From Vicugna vicugna (taxonomy: Eukaryota), in contig MU058198.1 in assembly GCA_013265495.1 (NCBI GenBank), positions 4,479,779 through 4,543,778 of the forward strand: DNA of 64,000 nt, given 5' to 3'. Positions within the stretch are counted from its first letter, which is position 1; every line of letters begins with the position of its first letter. The notes beneath the pieces are model-generated. The model had not been told where the DNA came from and made no database searches. It saw only the letters and a list, made by a program, of their open reading frames with translations. Below, in pieces: positions 47,556-61,560 of this stretch. The position numbers and the translations under genes were made by a program.

Positions 47556-50500
47556 CAACTCGAATTTTAAGAGTTATTAGATGAGAAACAACATTCACAA
47601 AACATCTTACAGACTGATATGAAAAGGAACCATTAAAGATCTTGAAATGAGCACGCTGATATAAAAAGTCAAGATGGATAAAATCATTGAAAAGACACCG
47701 TTGAAAATAAAACCTGGGATGGTGTCCCAGTATGCGGAGTGAAAGGACAACAGAAAGGAAAGGAAAGAAATTGTGAGAGAGAAGGTAAGAAATACGGAGG
47801 ATGAATCTAGAAGCCCCTGCAAGGCAATTTCATCAGTGTTTTCAAATTTGTGAGGGAAAGCCATTTTGAGCTTAGATGTTTACGTTCGGCGAAACCAGCA
47901 TTCAGATGTGAGGTTCTCTTCCTGCTGGAACGGGAACCAGAGATTCTCGTCTGTGAGCTTGGGCTTCTTGCTAAGTTGTTGGAAAGATCTGTTTTTATAT
48001 CCGTGGTATCCTTCAGTGCCTGTTTTGGGCTCTACTTTTCTCTCCTTCTTTCTTTCTCTCTTTTTAAAATTTTTTGTATTTTAGAAACAACCCCTCAAAA
48101 ATTTTTTTTTCTTAATTAACAATTCTGAAACTCTTGTGTGTATCCTAATAAGGAAATACATTGTGGACAATGAGAGACAGGTTTCTCACTGCCAGAGAAA
48201 GGGGAAAATGTGGGACAAGGAAAAGCGAGAATAAATCCAGGGATGCTGGATCGGAACTGGAAGTATCAGTGTGAATTCATGCCTTTAAGTGTAGGTAAAA
48301 AATAGAGAAATAAGTTCATGTATGCATGTGTCTGCCTGTCTGTCTGTATCTGTCTATGTCTGAGATGGCCTAGAAGCAATGACGTCCCAGGAACAATAAG
48401 CATACTTACTGCCCGTATCTTGGTGTCTATTCTCACTGGGCTGAAGGGGGGAACATAATCTTAGTCAATTCAAGCTCTTCTCGGTCATTTCAGATCAGTC
48501 TCTGTCAGTTACCTGTTTTCTCCATCCCTACTTGTGTCTGTGTTCTAGGGGGAGTGGCGCTCACCCAGTTCCACAGTGTTGGTGGTCCAGACTCACTCTC
48601 GTCCATCCCGTCTGGCGTCCACCAGGATGGCCCTGCTTATCAGTTCCCAGGTTTACTTTGTATTGGTCTTGGCTGAATTGCCAGGGCTCCTCGGGTCCAG
48701 CAGCCGTCCGTCAGCTACCTGCGGAGACTTCCTGGGTGGAGTAGAGTCAGGGCAGAGGGGGAAACTTCAGATGGTCTCCTGAACCCATGGCGGTTGAAAG
48801 TCTCTGGCCTTCTTGGTCCGAGTTGACCAGATGCCATTTCTATTCTACTGTTGCTGCATGAGGTTGGTGATGATGGGGGTGGGAGTGTGTGGCCACAGGT
48901 CTCTTCTACTTACTTTTGGTTTTTCAGTTTGATCTGGGAGTTCTGTCTCCCATCTCCCTTCCCCTCAAGACTCAGCCAGGGCGGGTGGGGCAGGAGCAAG
49001 CCCCTTCCTCCAGACAAGGACTAGCAACGACCTCTCGCTTCCTCTCAGACTCTCCCCCCTTCTCTCTCAGTCCCAGGGAGCTTTATCTCCTCAGAGGGCA
49101 GGAAAACACAACCCCTCACCCTCCAACTTTGTGGTCTGTGACCTAAGCTTGACGCCTAATTCTTCAGGGCCTTGGTGACTGATACCGCAAGCCCAGGTTT
49201 TGGAAAAACAGGAACTTTTCCTCCCAAGTGATTTCCTCTGCTGTCAGTTTCAAAAGCCTATTTTTAAAACTAAGAAAGTGAGCATCCAGGCTTTTCTTTC
49301 TCTTTGCATCTCTGCAGCTCTACCCCGAGGACATGGGTTTAGGAGGCTTTGGCTACTTCCTAGGTGGGGAGGATGCAGGGGAGCAGGAGATGCTAAGGAA
49401 ATAAGTACAGATTAAAATTAGGGATAGAGTGACGTGGGCCCACGGTGAAGGGTCCCGGCCTTCCCCACCCACCAACCCGTCCCCCACCCTCCTGCCAAAA
49501 GCTGTAAAACCTTCATATCCAAAACCAGAATCACTGTGGGCCTCTGATGGGGATTCAGAGCAGGGCAGGAAGGGACCATGAGATGGAGTCTTGGAGTGAT
49601 GTCGAGTCTTGGCTTTTTATGTTGAATTTGCTGCTTAACATTTGTGACTTTGAACCAGTCATCTCCCCTTTGTTGCCCTCCATGTGTGCTGGAGTAGGGG
49701 CTGGGAGATCTTGACTCTTTTCCCCAGGTTTTGCCATGAACTGGGTAATGAGACTGAGTGCAAGCCTCAATCCTCTCACCTGTGCAATGGGCTTGTCCTG
49801 CAGGGGTTTGTGGAGGATCAAATGAACAAGCCCTTTCAAAAGTATAATATATGGATGGAAAATGAATGTGTGACACTTTGGAAATGTCTCCTTTTATAAC
49901 CCTGTACTTCAAGGGTTTCCTAAGACGGTTAAGCTTGACTGTCAAGGAATACGGGATGTTCTGATAACTGGTTATCTGCTTTCTCCTGGGACAGTGACTT
50001 AGCTTCTTCTGGCGATTCTTCTGGGCGCTCATCCAAAGGTGACCAGCAGAGGGCAGCCTGTGCTCAACAATCACAATCCTCTCCTGCAGGCTCCAGAAAG
50101 CTCTAAGAACACAGTGACCAGGGATTATGATAAAATGCACGTAAAGTCCACTAACATGGAACCTGGGCGAGCAGCTCAGGACTGCTATTCGTTTTTGCTC
50201 TATATATTTCTTTAAAATTATTGTCTTGAAAGGGACATACCCATTTGGTTTAAAAAATTAGAACAGTATGAGAGTTTATAAAAAAAAAAAAACTGCGTAT
50301 AGTGGCCCACAAGGCCCTACACAGCCTGGCGCCGCTTTCATCTCTCTGCTTTCAAACCCTACACTCTCCCCTTGGCTGCAGCTCGCCCTTGGAAGCCCAT
50401 CTTTGCATTTGCTGCTCCCTCTCCCAGGAGGACTTGTCCCCTAGATTTCAGTGAGGCTCATTCCCTCATCTTCATCAGACCTCTAATCACTTTACCTCCT

Positions 50501-50794
50501 CCTCGCAGAGGTCTTGTCCGGCTTTCCCATTTAATATTGTATCCCCTCTCCACTGAAGTGGTGCCTGCGACGTTGTGTTATACACTATTATTTATTTTCT
50601 CCAGAGCGCTTATCATTTTTGTTCAATGTATCGGACATAGTCATTTAAAACATTTCCGCCTCTTACCCCTGGAACACAAGCGTTATGAAGCAGGAATGTT
50701 TTTCATCCCCCCCCCCCATTTTTATATTGTCAGTGTCTACAGCAATCCCAGCATGTAACAGTAGGGGTCTACCAGGTATCCATTGAGTGAAATT

Positions 50795-51285
50795 AGATTG
50801 TAGCTCTACTTGTGAAAGACACTGCCCCTTATGAGGATATGATGAAATGAGTTGGCATCTTTTATTAGCTCATCCTGAAATTGTGGGATTTGGGGGTCTG
50901 GCCTGGGCTCCGTTCAGGGGCTCTTCTGGTCTAGGCCAAGCGTGGCCGATCTTGGCTGGGCTCGCTGATGCATCTGTCCACCGTCCACTCAGGTCCACCG
51001 AGGAACCTCAGTTTTCCTCCTCCGCGTGGTCTCTCGTCCTAGAGCAGGCTGGCTTGGGCTCATCTGCATAGCCGTCTCAGGCTTCCAAGGACAGCAGAGA
51101 GCAGCAGTTCCCAATGTACAAGTGCTGTTAAAACCTCTACGTGGGTCACACTTGCTATCACCCCTTTGGCCTAAACAAGTCACATGACTAACCCAGATTC
51201 ATGGGAGGAGGGGCTGCCAGGTTACACTGAAAAGGGGAGATGCATAAAGGGCTGAGAATTTCAGGCTGTTCTGCAGCCTACCACA
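50795..51285 (-). mobile_element. MLT1F-like MaLR LTR
   Basis: 'ttggctgggctcgctgatgcatctg', 'ttggcctaaacaagtcacatgactaacccagattca', terminal 'ctaccaca'. Confidence 0.65.
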
Positions 51286-51539
51286 ATAAATACGATTCAC
51301 TTGCCCTTTAAAAAGATAATCAAATCCCACCAATATGCATGTTAAGGTGCGTATTTTCCCACCTCTGTTCTGGACAGTGTGTTACCACCATGAAAAAATT
51401 TGTTTTCATTAATCAGATAGGTGAAAAATACTGCCTTATTTGCTCGGAGAATTTAAGAGACATCCCTGGTAAGAGGCAGAGCCTGACCCCCAAATGCAGG
51501 CTCTCACCTGGCTTGTGGAGCCTGCTCACTGTGGGCAGG

Positions 51540-51900
51540 GTGACAAGCCCAGTCTCTGACTCTGGACGTGGCCCTTTGACTTGCTTTGACCCATGGGGTA
51601 TTAGCAAATGGGAGGCAAGCAAAGGCTTAAAATAGGCTCAGAGCTTGCTGTCTCTTGCAGTTTCAGTTCACCATGAGGCATGCCCAGGCTGGTGTGCTGG
51701 GCAATGCGAGACACTTGGAGCAGAGGCCAGTCCAGATCAGCTGACAGCCAGCTGGTACCCAACCCTGTGAGCAAGGCAGCCGAGATCAGCAGAGCCACCT
51801 CGCTGACCCTCAGCTTGACCCCCGGTGTGTGTCTTCACTGTCCCGTCTCATTGGTCTCCCCAGACAACCTATGAACTTAGAGCAGAGAACCATGGAGCCC
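51540..51900 (+). mobile_element. MLT1G/H-like MaLR LTR fragment
   Basis: 'tgacttgctttgacccatgg...tagcaaatg...gcatgcccaggctgg...gagatcagcagagcc'. Confidence 0.55.
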
Positions 51901-53739
51901 GACAACCCCAGGTTACAGAGGAGCCCATGGAGAGCCCAGGCCCCGGGGAGCCCCTGAAGCTTTGCCTGGAGCCGTGGGCTTGGGCCCTCTGCTGGGGTGT
52001 CTTCTACAGGGCGGGTTATCCTTTCCTGGTCTCTTGTTTCCCCAGCTCTGGAGCTCTGATGGTGCAGAGGCGGTTTGGCTGGGTTAGAAAAAATCCTCAT
52101 AATTGTCAACTAGCTGGCCAGAGCTAGACCCTGACATCTGATGGAAAGGGTCATGAGTGGCAGCGACGGAGGCCAGCTGCTGCTGCCCAGAGCCTGCCTT
52201 GAATGACGGATGAGAGGCCTGGCAGCCTGGGGAGGATGGAGATGGTTATGTTTCCAAAGGCCGGGCATTTTCTCCCAGGGGCTAGTGGATACAGGGTCAG
52301 AACAAATCACTTTGTATTTTTTCTCTGTTGTATTTTTTTCTTCTGATGAGAAACAGCTCTTACTCTCAGGGCATGATAGACCAAGGAAACTGTATCAGAA
52401 CTACGGGTTTCTTTGAAAAAATTTTCCCCTTGAATTTTAATCTGATGGAACACTGACCTCTCTGATAATCTAATGAAAACTATGGACCCATTCCCCAGGA
52501 ATAATACTCAGAAATACAGAATTTTACTTACAATGTCAGGGGACTTAAAGTTTCTCTGAAACCCACTCATGGAACTTAGATTAGGGGATTCTAGAAGAGA
52601 GAGAGATTGAGGGGGAGCAAGATAAGTAGAGAGAGAGAGAGAGAGAAAGAGAAGAGGAGGAGACTGGAAGAGAAAGGAGGAAGACAGCAGTAAGGATGGT
52701 GTTAAGGAAAAATGGGGAGAGTTCAGAAATAGATAATGTCAAAGAGTTTTAACCACAGATTGCTCTGGTCCGAAATATATCCCCTCTTCACTCTGCATTA
52801 GTCCCAGAACCTGTACTCCTAGAAATCACTTTTTTTAGTCAATACTATACTCGATGGATCATTGTGCTAAGTTGCCTTTTTCAGTCAAGTCAGTGTATTT
52901 GAAATCCATTATGCTGATACACATTGACCTAGTTTATTCATTTTACTGTATATATTCTGTACAATAAATATGCCATCTTTTATTTATCCCTTAGTGTATC
53001 GAATGTGAAATCTTTCTGGGTTTTGCTTTTGAGTTCTTTTAATTTAGCCATACCTCAAAATTTGGTAAAAAAAAAAGACTAGCCTGGTAGAAGAAAAGTC
53101 TGAACTTGGGTTTAGGGTATTCATTTTGAGCCCTGGCTCTGATAGTTCCTGGCTGTGTGAATCTGGGCAAGTTTTTAACCTCTGTAAACCTCCGCCTCCT
53201 CACTTGTAGAACGGGGATAACCATCTCTACTTCACAAAGCCAAGGTGAGTCTTAAGTACGTGATATCTGTGGGTGATCAGTAGTTGAGTTGAAGGTCCCA
53301 GCGTGAAGTTGTCTCTATGTTCAGATGCATTCATGTGTAGCTGTGAACCTGCCTAAGACACAGCCTCCGTGAAGGAATTCAGGTATCACTGTGGGACACG
53401 GCCCTCCCATAGGACAATCCCACTGTCTTCCAGGTGGTCCTAGAACTGACTTGTGGCTCTGGAGGCCCATACACTGCTCTCAGAACAGGTCTCATCTTCT
53501 CTGCACTTCCAGAGGAGTCTCAGGAGGCCATCTCCACATCAGAACAAGGCTTCGGGAATGTCCAACCCATCTCTATACCTTCCCCTACTGCCCACTCAGG
53601 AGACCAAATAATTTGAAATTAATCATAACAACAACCGACAACAATAAATTAATAGCTAACCTTTTTGAATGCTGAGTAAATATAGGTAAAGCACTTAGAA
53701 CTTTGCCTGGCAAGTAGAAAGCATTATGTGTTCACTTCA

Positions 53740-53740
<1 letters not shown>

Positions 53741-53804
<64 letters not shown>

Positions 53805-53818
53805 TACTACTACTACTA
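53741..53818. repeat. Compound microsatellite (TTA)21(CTA)5 at a MIR tail
   Basis: Directly visible trinucleotide run. Confidence 0.95.
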
Positions 53819-54284
53819 TATGATGGTGGTGACGATGATGTGCTGGGCCTTGAGATAAACTTAATGGGCATTAATCTGTTTAATCCTCATGATCACAGGA
53901 GTTTTGCTTGCTTCTCATAATTGTAAGAAGTGCCAGGGGTGGTCCTCCCTCCCCAGCATTTCTCTAAGGGTCAGCTTTGTTGGAAATACCCTTTCTCTGT
54001 GGCACAGGTAGGACTGTCATAACAGGAGGAGAATAATCTTTCCCCCAGATGATGATAATACCTCATCTAGTATTTGTTAATTAATTAGTAATTTATGAAG
54101 TGCTTTTGTGTGTATCGTTCAGTGAACTCTCATAACATCCCTGTGTAGTAGTATTTTATCTTGTTTTTGAGATAATCCCCGTTCAGCTTCCATGAGCCAC
54201 ATCTCCTGTGTGACTTCCTACATCACTGGCCACTTTTTGGTCTTCTTTTGCTGGTTCCCTCTCCTTTCCGCAGTCTCTAAACAT

Positions 54285-54425
54285 AAATTTTCTTTAGAAG
54301 GTCTGATGCCTGGGCTCCACCTCCACAGCATCTGATTGATTTATTTGGTGGTAGGGTCTGGGCAGTCCCACATTTAAAAAGCCCTTTAGGTAATTTATTG
54401 AGCAGCCAGGGTGAAGAACCACCGA
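54285..54425. mobile_element. MER5-like hAT-Charlie fragment
   Basis: 'ctgatgcctgggctccacc...tctgattga...tttaaaaagccc...gcagccagggtgaagaaccac'. Confidence 0.65.
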
Positions 54426-54429
54426 TTTA

Positions 54430-55345
54430 TATGCTGAAGATGTCCCCTTTCAATCTCTACCCCAGACCTCTCTTTTTGGCACCAGAGAGTCTAGCTGGCA
54501 TTTTTCAGTTGGTTGTCCCTTCAGTCTTAATATGTTCATCGCTTGATTTCTCAACTCCTCCCGTCTGTATGCTCATTTCTCCCATGATCTTCATCATCTT
54601 AGCAAATAGCATCATGGTTCTTCCAGCTGCTCAAGCTAAAGACCTGGGAGTTGTCTTTGATCCCTCCCTTTCCCTTGTCCTATTTTTTTTTTTCAATCCA
54701 TCAGTAGGTGCTCTTGACTCTGCCTCCAAAATTCATCCATACCTTCTTGTTTTCTTGCCACTGCCTTAGCTAAAGTCACCACCATTATCTCCTTCCTGGA
54801 TTATTTACTGCAGTGGTCTCCCATCCACTTTTGCTTTCATCCTGCTCCTCTCCAAAGCATTCCCTACAGAGTGGCCAGAGTGATCATTCAGTCTGAATTG
54901 GAATCAGATCATTTCATCTCCTATCAGTTGTTTCCCAAGGATAAAACGCATTATACTGCCTTTTCAAGGTCTTGTAGGATTTGGCCCCTTCTTCTCTCTC
55001 CAAACTCCCTTCAGTCCATTTTTCCATCTTACTCATTGTGCTCCAGCTACACTGGACTTTTTCTGTTCTTGGAACAGTTTCAAACTCATTCCTCCACATC
55101 AGAGCTCTTGCTGTTTCTTTTACTTTGGTCATTCTTGCTTCAGTCTTTATGGACTCCTTACCTTTTTGTCTCCGTATGGCAAGTATCACCTTGTCAGAGA
55201 GGCATTCTCTCATTGTTCTTATATAAAATCAGTCTCCCATATGCTTTATCGTAGAACCATTGTGTCTTTATTTTACTCTATTTTGTTGTTCGATGACTGT
55301 TTGATTTCTCCTTCAGCTGATTAGATTATAAGCTCTTTGAGGGTT
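54430..55345 (+). mobile_element. L2 fragments
   Basis: 'cagctgctcaagctaaagacctgggagttgtctttga', 'gtggccagagtgatc', 'tgctccagctacactggacttttt', 'tagattataagctctttgagg'. Confidence 0.65.
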
Positions 55346-55377
55346 TAGCAAAGTGGACCACACAAAAGACCAAATAG

Positions 55378-55892
55378 GAATTATTTTAAACGTGTGTATC
55401 AATTAGGGGAGAATTGACGTCATTTACTTTGTTGAGTTTTCTAATTCATGAACATGGTACATCTCTATATTTAGATCTTTGATCTCATAATTTTTAGCAT
55501 ATAATTCTTATACATATTTTGTTATACCTAACTATTTCATCTTTTTGAGCAATTGTAAATAGTGCTACATTTTTAATTTTGGTTTCCATGTGTTTATTGT
55601 TAGTATATAGACATGTAATAGATTTTTGTATGTTTATCTTATATCCTGTGACCTTGTCAAACTCATTTATTCTAGTTGTATTTTGTAGATTCCTTGGATT
55701 TTCTATGTAGAATATCATGTCATCTGCAAATATGGACCACTTTATTTCTTCCTTTTTTGATCAGTGTGCCTTGCTTTGCCTTTCATTTCCTTTCTTTTTT
55801 TTTTTTTCTTTTCTTACCTTATTGCACTGGCTAGAACTTTCAGCACTACATTAAATAGCAGTGGTGAGAATGGATGTCTTAGTCTTGTTCAT
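55378..55892 (-). mobile_element. L1 ORF2 fragment
   Basis: Antisense translation (FADD)MIFYIENP...INEFDKVTGYKINIQKS is the L1 RT C-terminal region. Confidence 0.85.
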
Positions 55893-55904
55893 GACTATCT
55901 CATG

Positions 55905-56052
55905 TTTTTTTATTGATGTATGGTTGATTTACAATGTTGTGTTTATGGTGTACAGCATACTGATTCAGTTATACACACACATATATATATTCTTTTTCAT
56001 ATTCTTTTTCATTTTAGGTTAATACAAGATATTGAATGTAGTCCCCTGTGCT
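55905..56052 (-). mobile_element. Short L1 3' tail
   Basis: T-run then 'ttgatttacaatgttgtg...gtgtacagcatactgattcagttat...caagatattgaatgtagtcccctgtgcta'. Confidence 0.75.
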
Positions 56053-56841
56053 AAACATTCAGACTTTGTTGTTATAACTATATGGTCTTTTTAAGCACAA
56101 ATTTGCATGATGCTGTGGAGAGATGGAGCGTGGGTGTTAAAGATAAGCTAACCCATAGTCAAACAGATCCTGTAACATACTATCTCTGTGATCTTAGAAA
56201 TATGGCTTTGTGTCTCCCCACGTCTCCTCATCTCCAAAGTGGAGATGATAATATCTACACGTTGGCTTTGTTGGAGAACAGGCAGAGTGCAGAGACTACA
56301 ATATGGGTTTCCTGGGCTCCACCACTGTCAACTGTGTGACCTCAGGCAAGGTTTTCATCTTCTGTGCCTCAATTTCCTCTTCTGTTAAATGGGCAAAATA
56401 AGATTAACCACTTCATCAAGTTGTTGCAGAGATTGAATGAGTTGGTAAAGGTAGTAAATTGCATATTACCTGGCAGTAAGTGCTAGAGAAGTGTTGTTTT
56501 TGTGAAGTTTATGTGAAATAATGTGTGTGTATAATACTTAGCACAGGACAGGTGCTCAGTAAAGCTTTTCCTGACACTAAGTCCCATGCTAACTAAAAAT
56601 AATTGGATAGCACGAAGGGATACAGAGAAGCCAGCCATCTCCTGTCCAACCTCCTTTGCTGCTCTCTGGAGGCAACCATTTTTAACTTTTCGAGCTGTTT
56701 TCCAAATGATAAGCTCCTTTACCTATTTCTTGATGTAGCAACTTTAGATATTATCTATGTACATCCTGAAATAATGGTTGAGAATTTAGCTCTCTTATAC
56801 TCCCTATCTCCCATCCTTCTAATATAAGGATATCGTTTATA

Positions 56842-57098
56842 TAGTTGAACCTTGAACAACTCGGGGGTTAGGGGTGCTGACCTCTTCACAGTCAAGAATC
56901 TATGTATCACTTTACAGTTGGACTTTACAGTTGGAGTCAAGAATCTGTGAATGACTTTACAGTTGGACATATCCGTGCTTCTGCATCTGTGTCTCTGCCA
57001 GCTGCAGATCATGTAGTACTGTAGTACGACTTTATTTTAAAAATTGGCATATAAGTGGACCCATGCAGTTCAAACGTGTGTTGTTCAAGGGTAGACTG
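56842..57098. mobile_element. Tigger2-family (TcMar) non-autonomous element
   Basis: Terminal inverted repeats (t)AGTTGAACCTTGAACAAC ... GTTGTTCAAGGGTAGACTG, flanked by TA. Confidence 0.8.
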
Positions 57099-59559
57099 TA
57101 ATCATATCATTAGCAAACATTGTTCACCAGAGAGCCAAAAGGTATACTATGATTATATTTCTTTTCTTAAAAAATTTCCTTATTGCTTTTCCTTTTTTTC
57201 CCCCTTCTTTATTTGTCCTACTTGCCTTTCTCATATGTATTTTTTCAGGTCTTTATCCTGTCAGTTCCTCTATCAGATTCACTCATTTTTCCTGGAGACT
57301 TCCAAGTCTTCTGTTGTTTCCTGTTACACAATCATCATGACAATAACAAAAAGATAAATCTTTTTCCCTTTCAATTCTGGCCTGATACCATCCCTACCCC
57401 CCGCTACAGGCAATCACTGCGTGCCTGTATTGCTCTTTTTCTCTTTTCTTTTCTGTCCATGCTTTTGGTCAGCTCACTTCTTTTTCCCGGCCATGTTCTT
57501 CCTTGGTCCATCCATTTGGCCTTCTCGACAGTCCACTCATGGTAGTGTTATTATTACTCTGTCAGTCAACTTTTGGCTTATTATAAGTTAGCATTTTGAA
57601 GTGTTCTCATTTACATAGGGCACCCCAAAGATAACTTGATCCACAGCGAAAAGGGTAGTTGTTCTAATGGTTATGTGATTGAGGCAAAGCCCTGGCAGGG
57701 GATAGCAAGCTAAGGGCAGCTGATTATAATGAAAGGCTTAAGTAAGGCATAAATGCTCCAGGCATGACAAGAGCACAGGCTGAAAGAATTGATGACCTTT
57801 TTCAGCAGGAAAATATCCATCAAAAGAGAAACCTTTCCTAAAGGAGTGCCCAGCCAAGGTGTGGGACTTAGAAAAGCTGAATCCATATTTTAGGAGACAG
57901 CAACTCACTTTGTTGACAGATCGTAAGTCAAGAGCAAGTTTAATAAAGAATTCATTGAAAAACGCTGTTTTAACACCAGCTTATAAAGTTGGCCCCAGCA
58001 GAGTAGGACTTAGGAAGGTTTTTGAACATATTATTGGTTAATATCAGATGTTGAACTTAAAAAGCTACATCTTAAGATTTATGGAGCAATGTCCAGGCGT
58101 CCTGACCTTGGACCTACTCCAGAGTCCCATGTGTTATCTAAATGAGTCCATTCGGACAGCTGTGTACCTATCCGGCTTTCGTTGTGTATCCTCTCCTTGT
58201 TAACTCCTCTTGTCTTTGAGCTTGAATTACCTCTAGGGACTGACTCTCACACTCTCCCCACCTGGCCGTAGCACTACTGTTAGAGCAACTGGATTCTGGA
58301 CCCCGGAGCTCCTGTTGTTTCATGCAGTGTCTCTGGGCTTCCTGTCCGCCTTCTCTTGCTGTCCTGATCACCAGTTAGAACTTTACCTCTCTCATCTCAG
58401 GCCCATCCTGTGACCGGTGCAGCCTGCTTTACTAAAGCAGCTACTGACATCAGTCCCTTGTTGCCTGAGCTGGGTCCACCTTTAGTCCTTCTTTGCCTCA
58501 GCCTATCCCCTCTTCCCCTGCCACATAAAATAGGAGATCTGGCGGGTCCTATCATTCAGTCTCCCTGCATGTAGTATAATAATTTCTCCCTTTTTAGGAG
58601 TATGACCTAAGGGTGGGCCACACCTATTATGAAACTGTAAAGTGAGGGACCGGGGATGGGGAGACTGTGTCAAAGCACACCCACAAGTTTCAGAAATGTG
58701 CCCTGTTTACATATTCACCTCAGTCTCAAGAATTGCTGAACTTAATTTTCTTTTCCTCCTTCTCAATTATTCTCCAAATAGCAGCAGAGATCAAAATGAC
58801 ACCGGACACTGAGGAAGGCTGGGTATTAAAACCAACTTGTTGGGTACCATAGCCGAGGAAGCTGAGTGGGACAGAGAGGGCTGAGCTAAATGTGTTCATA
58901 GGTGAGAGGTATATCCTCAGTCAACATCCATTCTCTCTACACCTGATGTGAAATCTTTTTTGACTCCTTGAGCTCACCAGGGCCATCGTCACCCTTGGAT
59001 CAGCCCTCAAAGAGGCCTTCTGCAGAAGAGAAGCTTCTAAGGAAGGTTCCCCCAGCCGGGTTCCCCTGAGACGTCTGATATTCTTGCTGCCCAGCATCTG
59101 TTTCTCCTTCCGATAATAGAATCCATATTTTCCTTGGGGAATCGCTCATTTCTCCCATTTCAAGCCCGATTGCGTTTGGGGTTGCATGTGACCCAGGGCT
59201 GAGGCTAGTAGAGATTCTATTCCCTGTGTTCATAGTGTTAGTGTCGGGATGGCCCATGACCCAAGCTTGTCCAGTCAGTTGTAGTCACTGCTCTCATTGG
59301 AGTGACTGATAAAAGAGGCATCCTCTTTCTGTTAAAGTTGTTGGGAAAAACAAAATATAAACCTGAAACTGATGGCAGCCATCTTGCTTCTATGAAGGAT
59401 TAACTTGCTTTATAAGCAGCCCACATACAAGAAACTAGAGTCAAGAGATGGTAAAAAACTAAAATGACCGGTAACCATCATTTGGGCCCCTGGATCCAGC
59501 TGTGCCTGAAGCTGTGGTCTTTACCCCTTTACTTTACAGATGTGTGAGCCAACAGCACT

Positions 59560-59698
59560 CCCTCTTTTTCCTTCCTTCCTTTCTTTCATTCTTCCTTCTT
59601 CTTTCTTCCTTTCTTCCTTCCTTTCTTTCTTCCTCCTTTTCTTTTCTTTTCTTTCTTTCTTTCCCTTCCCTTCCCTTTCCTTCCTTTCCTTCTTTCTT
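59560..59698. repeat. CT-rich simple repeat (TTCC/TTTC) within an MLT1-like LTR (about 59130-59745)
   Basis: Near-pure pyrimidine run; LTR end 'ttgcaacccaaagaatcccaacta' follows. Confidence 0.85.
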
Positions 59699-61039
59699 AA
59701 GACAGTTTGAATTTCTTTTAATTGCAACCCAAAGAATCCCAACTAGTAAAGCCAGTTATTTTATCCAAATCCTGCACTCTGAATTCCACAGACTCTGTGT
59801 GTTAACATGCTTGCCAAGTTTTATAATGCATTCTCATATATCTGTGCCCCAGGGTTCAGTTATCATGTCCTGGGATCGTCCCTCTCTTTTGTCCGTACTC
59901 TTCCCCTCCAGAACTCTTTCCATCTCAGAGCTTCAGCTTTGATACTGTGTGGATGATCTGTGTTCCTTAGCATCAGCAACCCACTTGGGAGTCAGGAACA
60001 TACTTCACTCACATTTTATGAAATAGTTGTCCTTTAGGTGGAAGAATTCACAAGGTACAACTGGAATTCTGCACCATGTGGGCTGCTGTGGAGATTTCTC
60101 ATCTTATAGTTTCAGCAGTCCTCAGCTTGTGAATGGGGTGTACATTTTACCAGGGAAACAGCATTAATGCAGGAGGTGGTTAGGCTCCTAGACTAGCCCA
60201 CAAGACCTAATTCACCCACAATGTAGGTGAATAATGGTGCTATCCCTAATTATTCCACAGGGTCAGTTGTCATAGGGGATTATATTGGGATAACTCATTC
60301 CAAATTCTACCTGGAGAGAGAGTAAAATCTGTTTCCCACCTGATTCCTATCAGTGGGAATGCTCCCTACCATCTCTCAGCCCCAACTGCAGGATGCCACT
60401 GTAAGGCTTCCATTAAAATTCTGAGACCTACAATTTCAGCCGGGTTTCCGGCAACTACCATTAATGCGATGAGATTCCTTGGTCTAACGCAGATCTTCAC
60501 TGAACATCAAATCCCTGTGTCTAGTTGTGAGCATCTTCACTGGCACATGAAACTTAATATATGCAAAATTGCACTCAGTCCTTCCCCAAACTGCCACCCA
60601 TACTCCCTAACAGAAACCAAGGAGTCATTTAAGACATCACATCCCCTCTTAGGTGTTTGCTGTTGTCACCCTGTCAGTGTCCTGCAGATTCTCCCGAGAT
60701 GCCTGTCACTCTGTCCCTTTTGCTCCAATCCCAATGGTCACGGTTTCCATTAAGACCTTCATACCTTTCCAGCAGGGTCACAGCCTTAGTCTCTGACCTG
60801 GTCTTGCTGGCTTTCCCTGTGCTCCCTGCCCCCAGTCTCAACTCCGCACACCAGCCAGAGAGATTGCTCTAAAACATGACTCTGATCAGACCACACCTTG
60901 CTGTCACCCATCCTTCATGGCTTCTCCTGGGATCCAGGCTTAGGTTCCATCTCCTTATCTTAGCACACAGGTCTCCATGTGATCGGCTTTTGACAATTTC
61001 CCTTTTGTTTTAGCCATTTTTGTGAGGGACCACACTGAC

Positions 61040-61560
61040 TCTATTCAGTAAGCATTTATCAAGTTCCAGGCCCTGTCCTTTTCTTGGCACTGGGAATAAA
61101 GCCATGAACAGAAACACAGTCCCAGACCTCATGGAACTTCATTCTGTCTGGGGAGACAGATGGAGCCTATCAGAAGGCAGTGGGTTCAATGGGGAGAAAT
61201 AAAGCAAGGAAGGAGCAGGGAATGAGAGGCGAGGACGGTGCATTTAGAAGAGGGTGTTCAGGAAATACCTCATTGAGGAGGTGATACTTGAATGCAGACT
61301 TGAAGGAGCTGAGGGAGCAAGCCAAGTAGACATCTGGGGAAGGAGACTAAGTGCAAAGGCCCTGGGGTGATTTCAGGGGTCTGTGAGAAGGCTAGTGCGG
61401 CTGGAGGAGAGAAGGAGAGAGAGACAGGGACGGGGTGAGGCGGATCAGAAAGGGTCTTGTAGACCATTTGTTGTAACTGCTTTGGCTTTTATCCAAACAG
61501 AGTGAGATGGAAAACCCTTGATTATTCTGCTCCTGAGAACGTGTGCTCTGACTTTATGTC
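61040..61560 (-). mobile_element. L2 3' fragment
   Basis: 'attcagtaagcatttatcaag...cctcatggaacttcattct...gaggaggtgatacttgaatgcagacttgaagga...aagtgcaaaggccctg'. Confidence 0.7.

Noticed and set aside
49418..50140. 240-aa - strand ORF
   Set aside because: Overlaps MIR-like sequence; no domain similarity or splice/promoter support that I can see
53726..53920. Poly-leucine ORF
   Set aside because: Translation of a (TTA)n(CTA)n microsatellite
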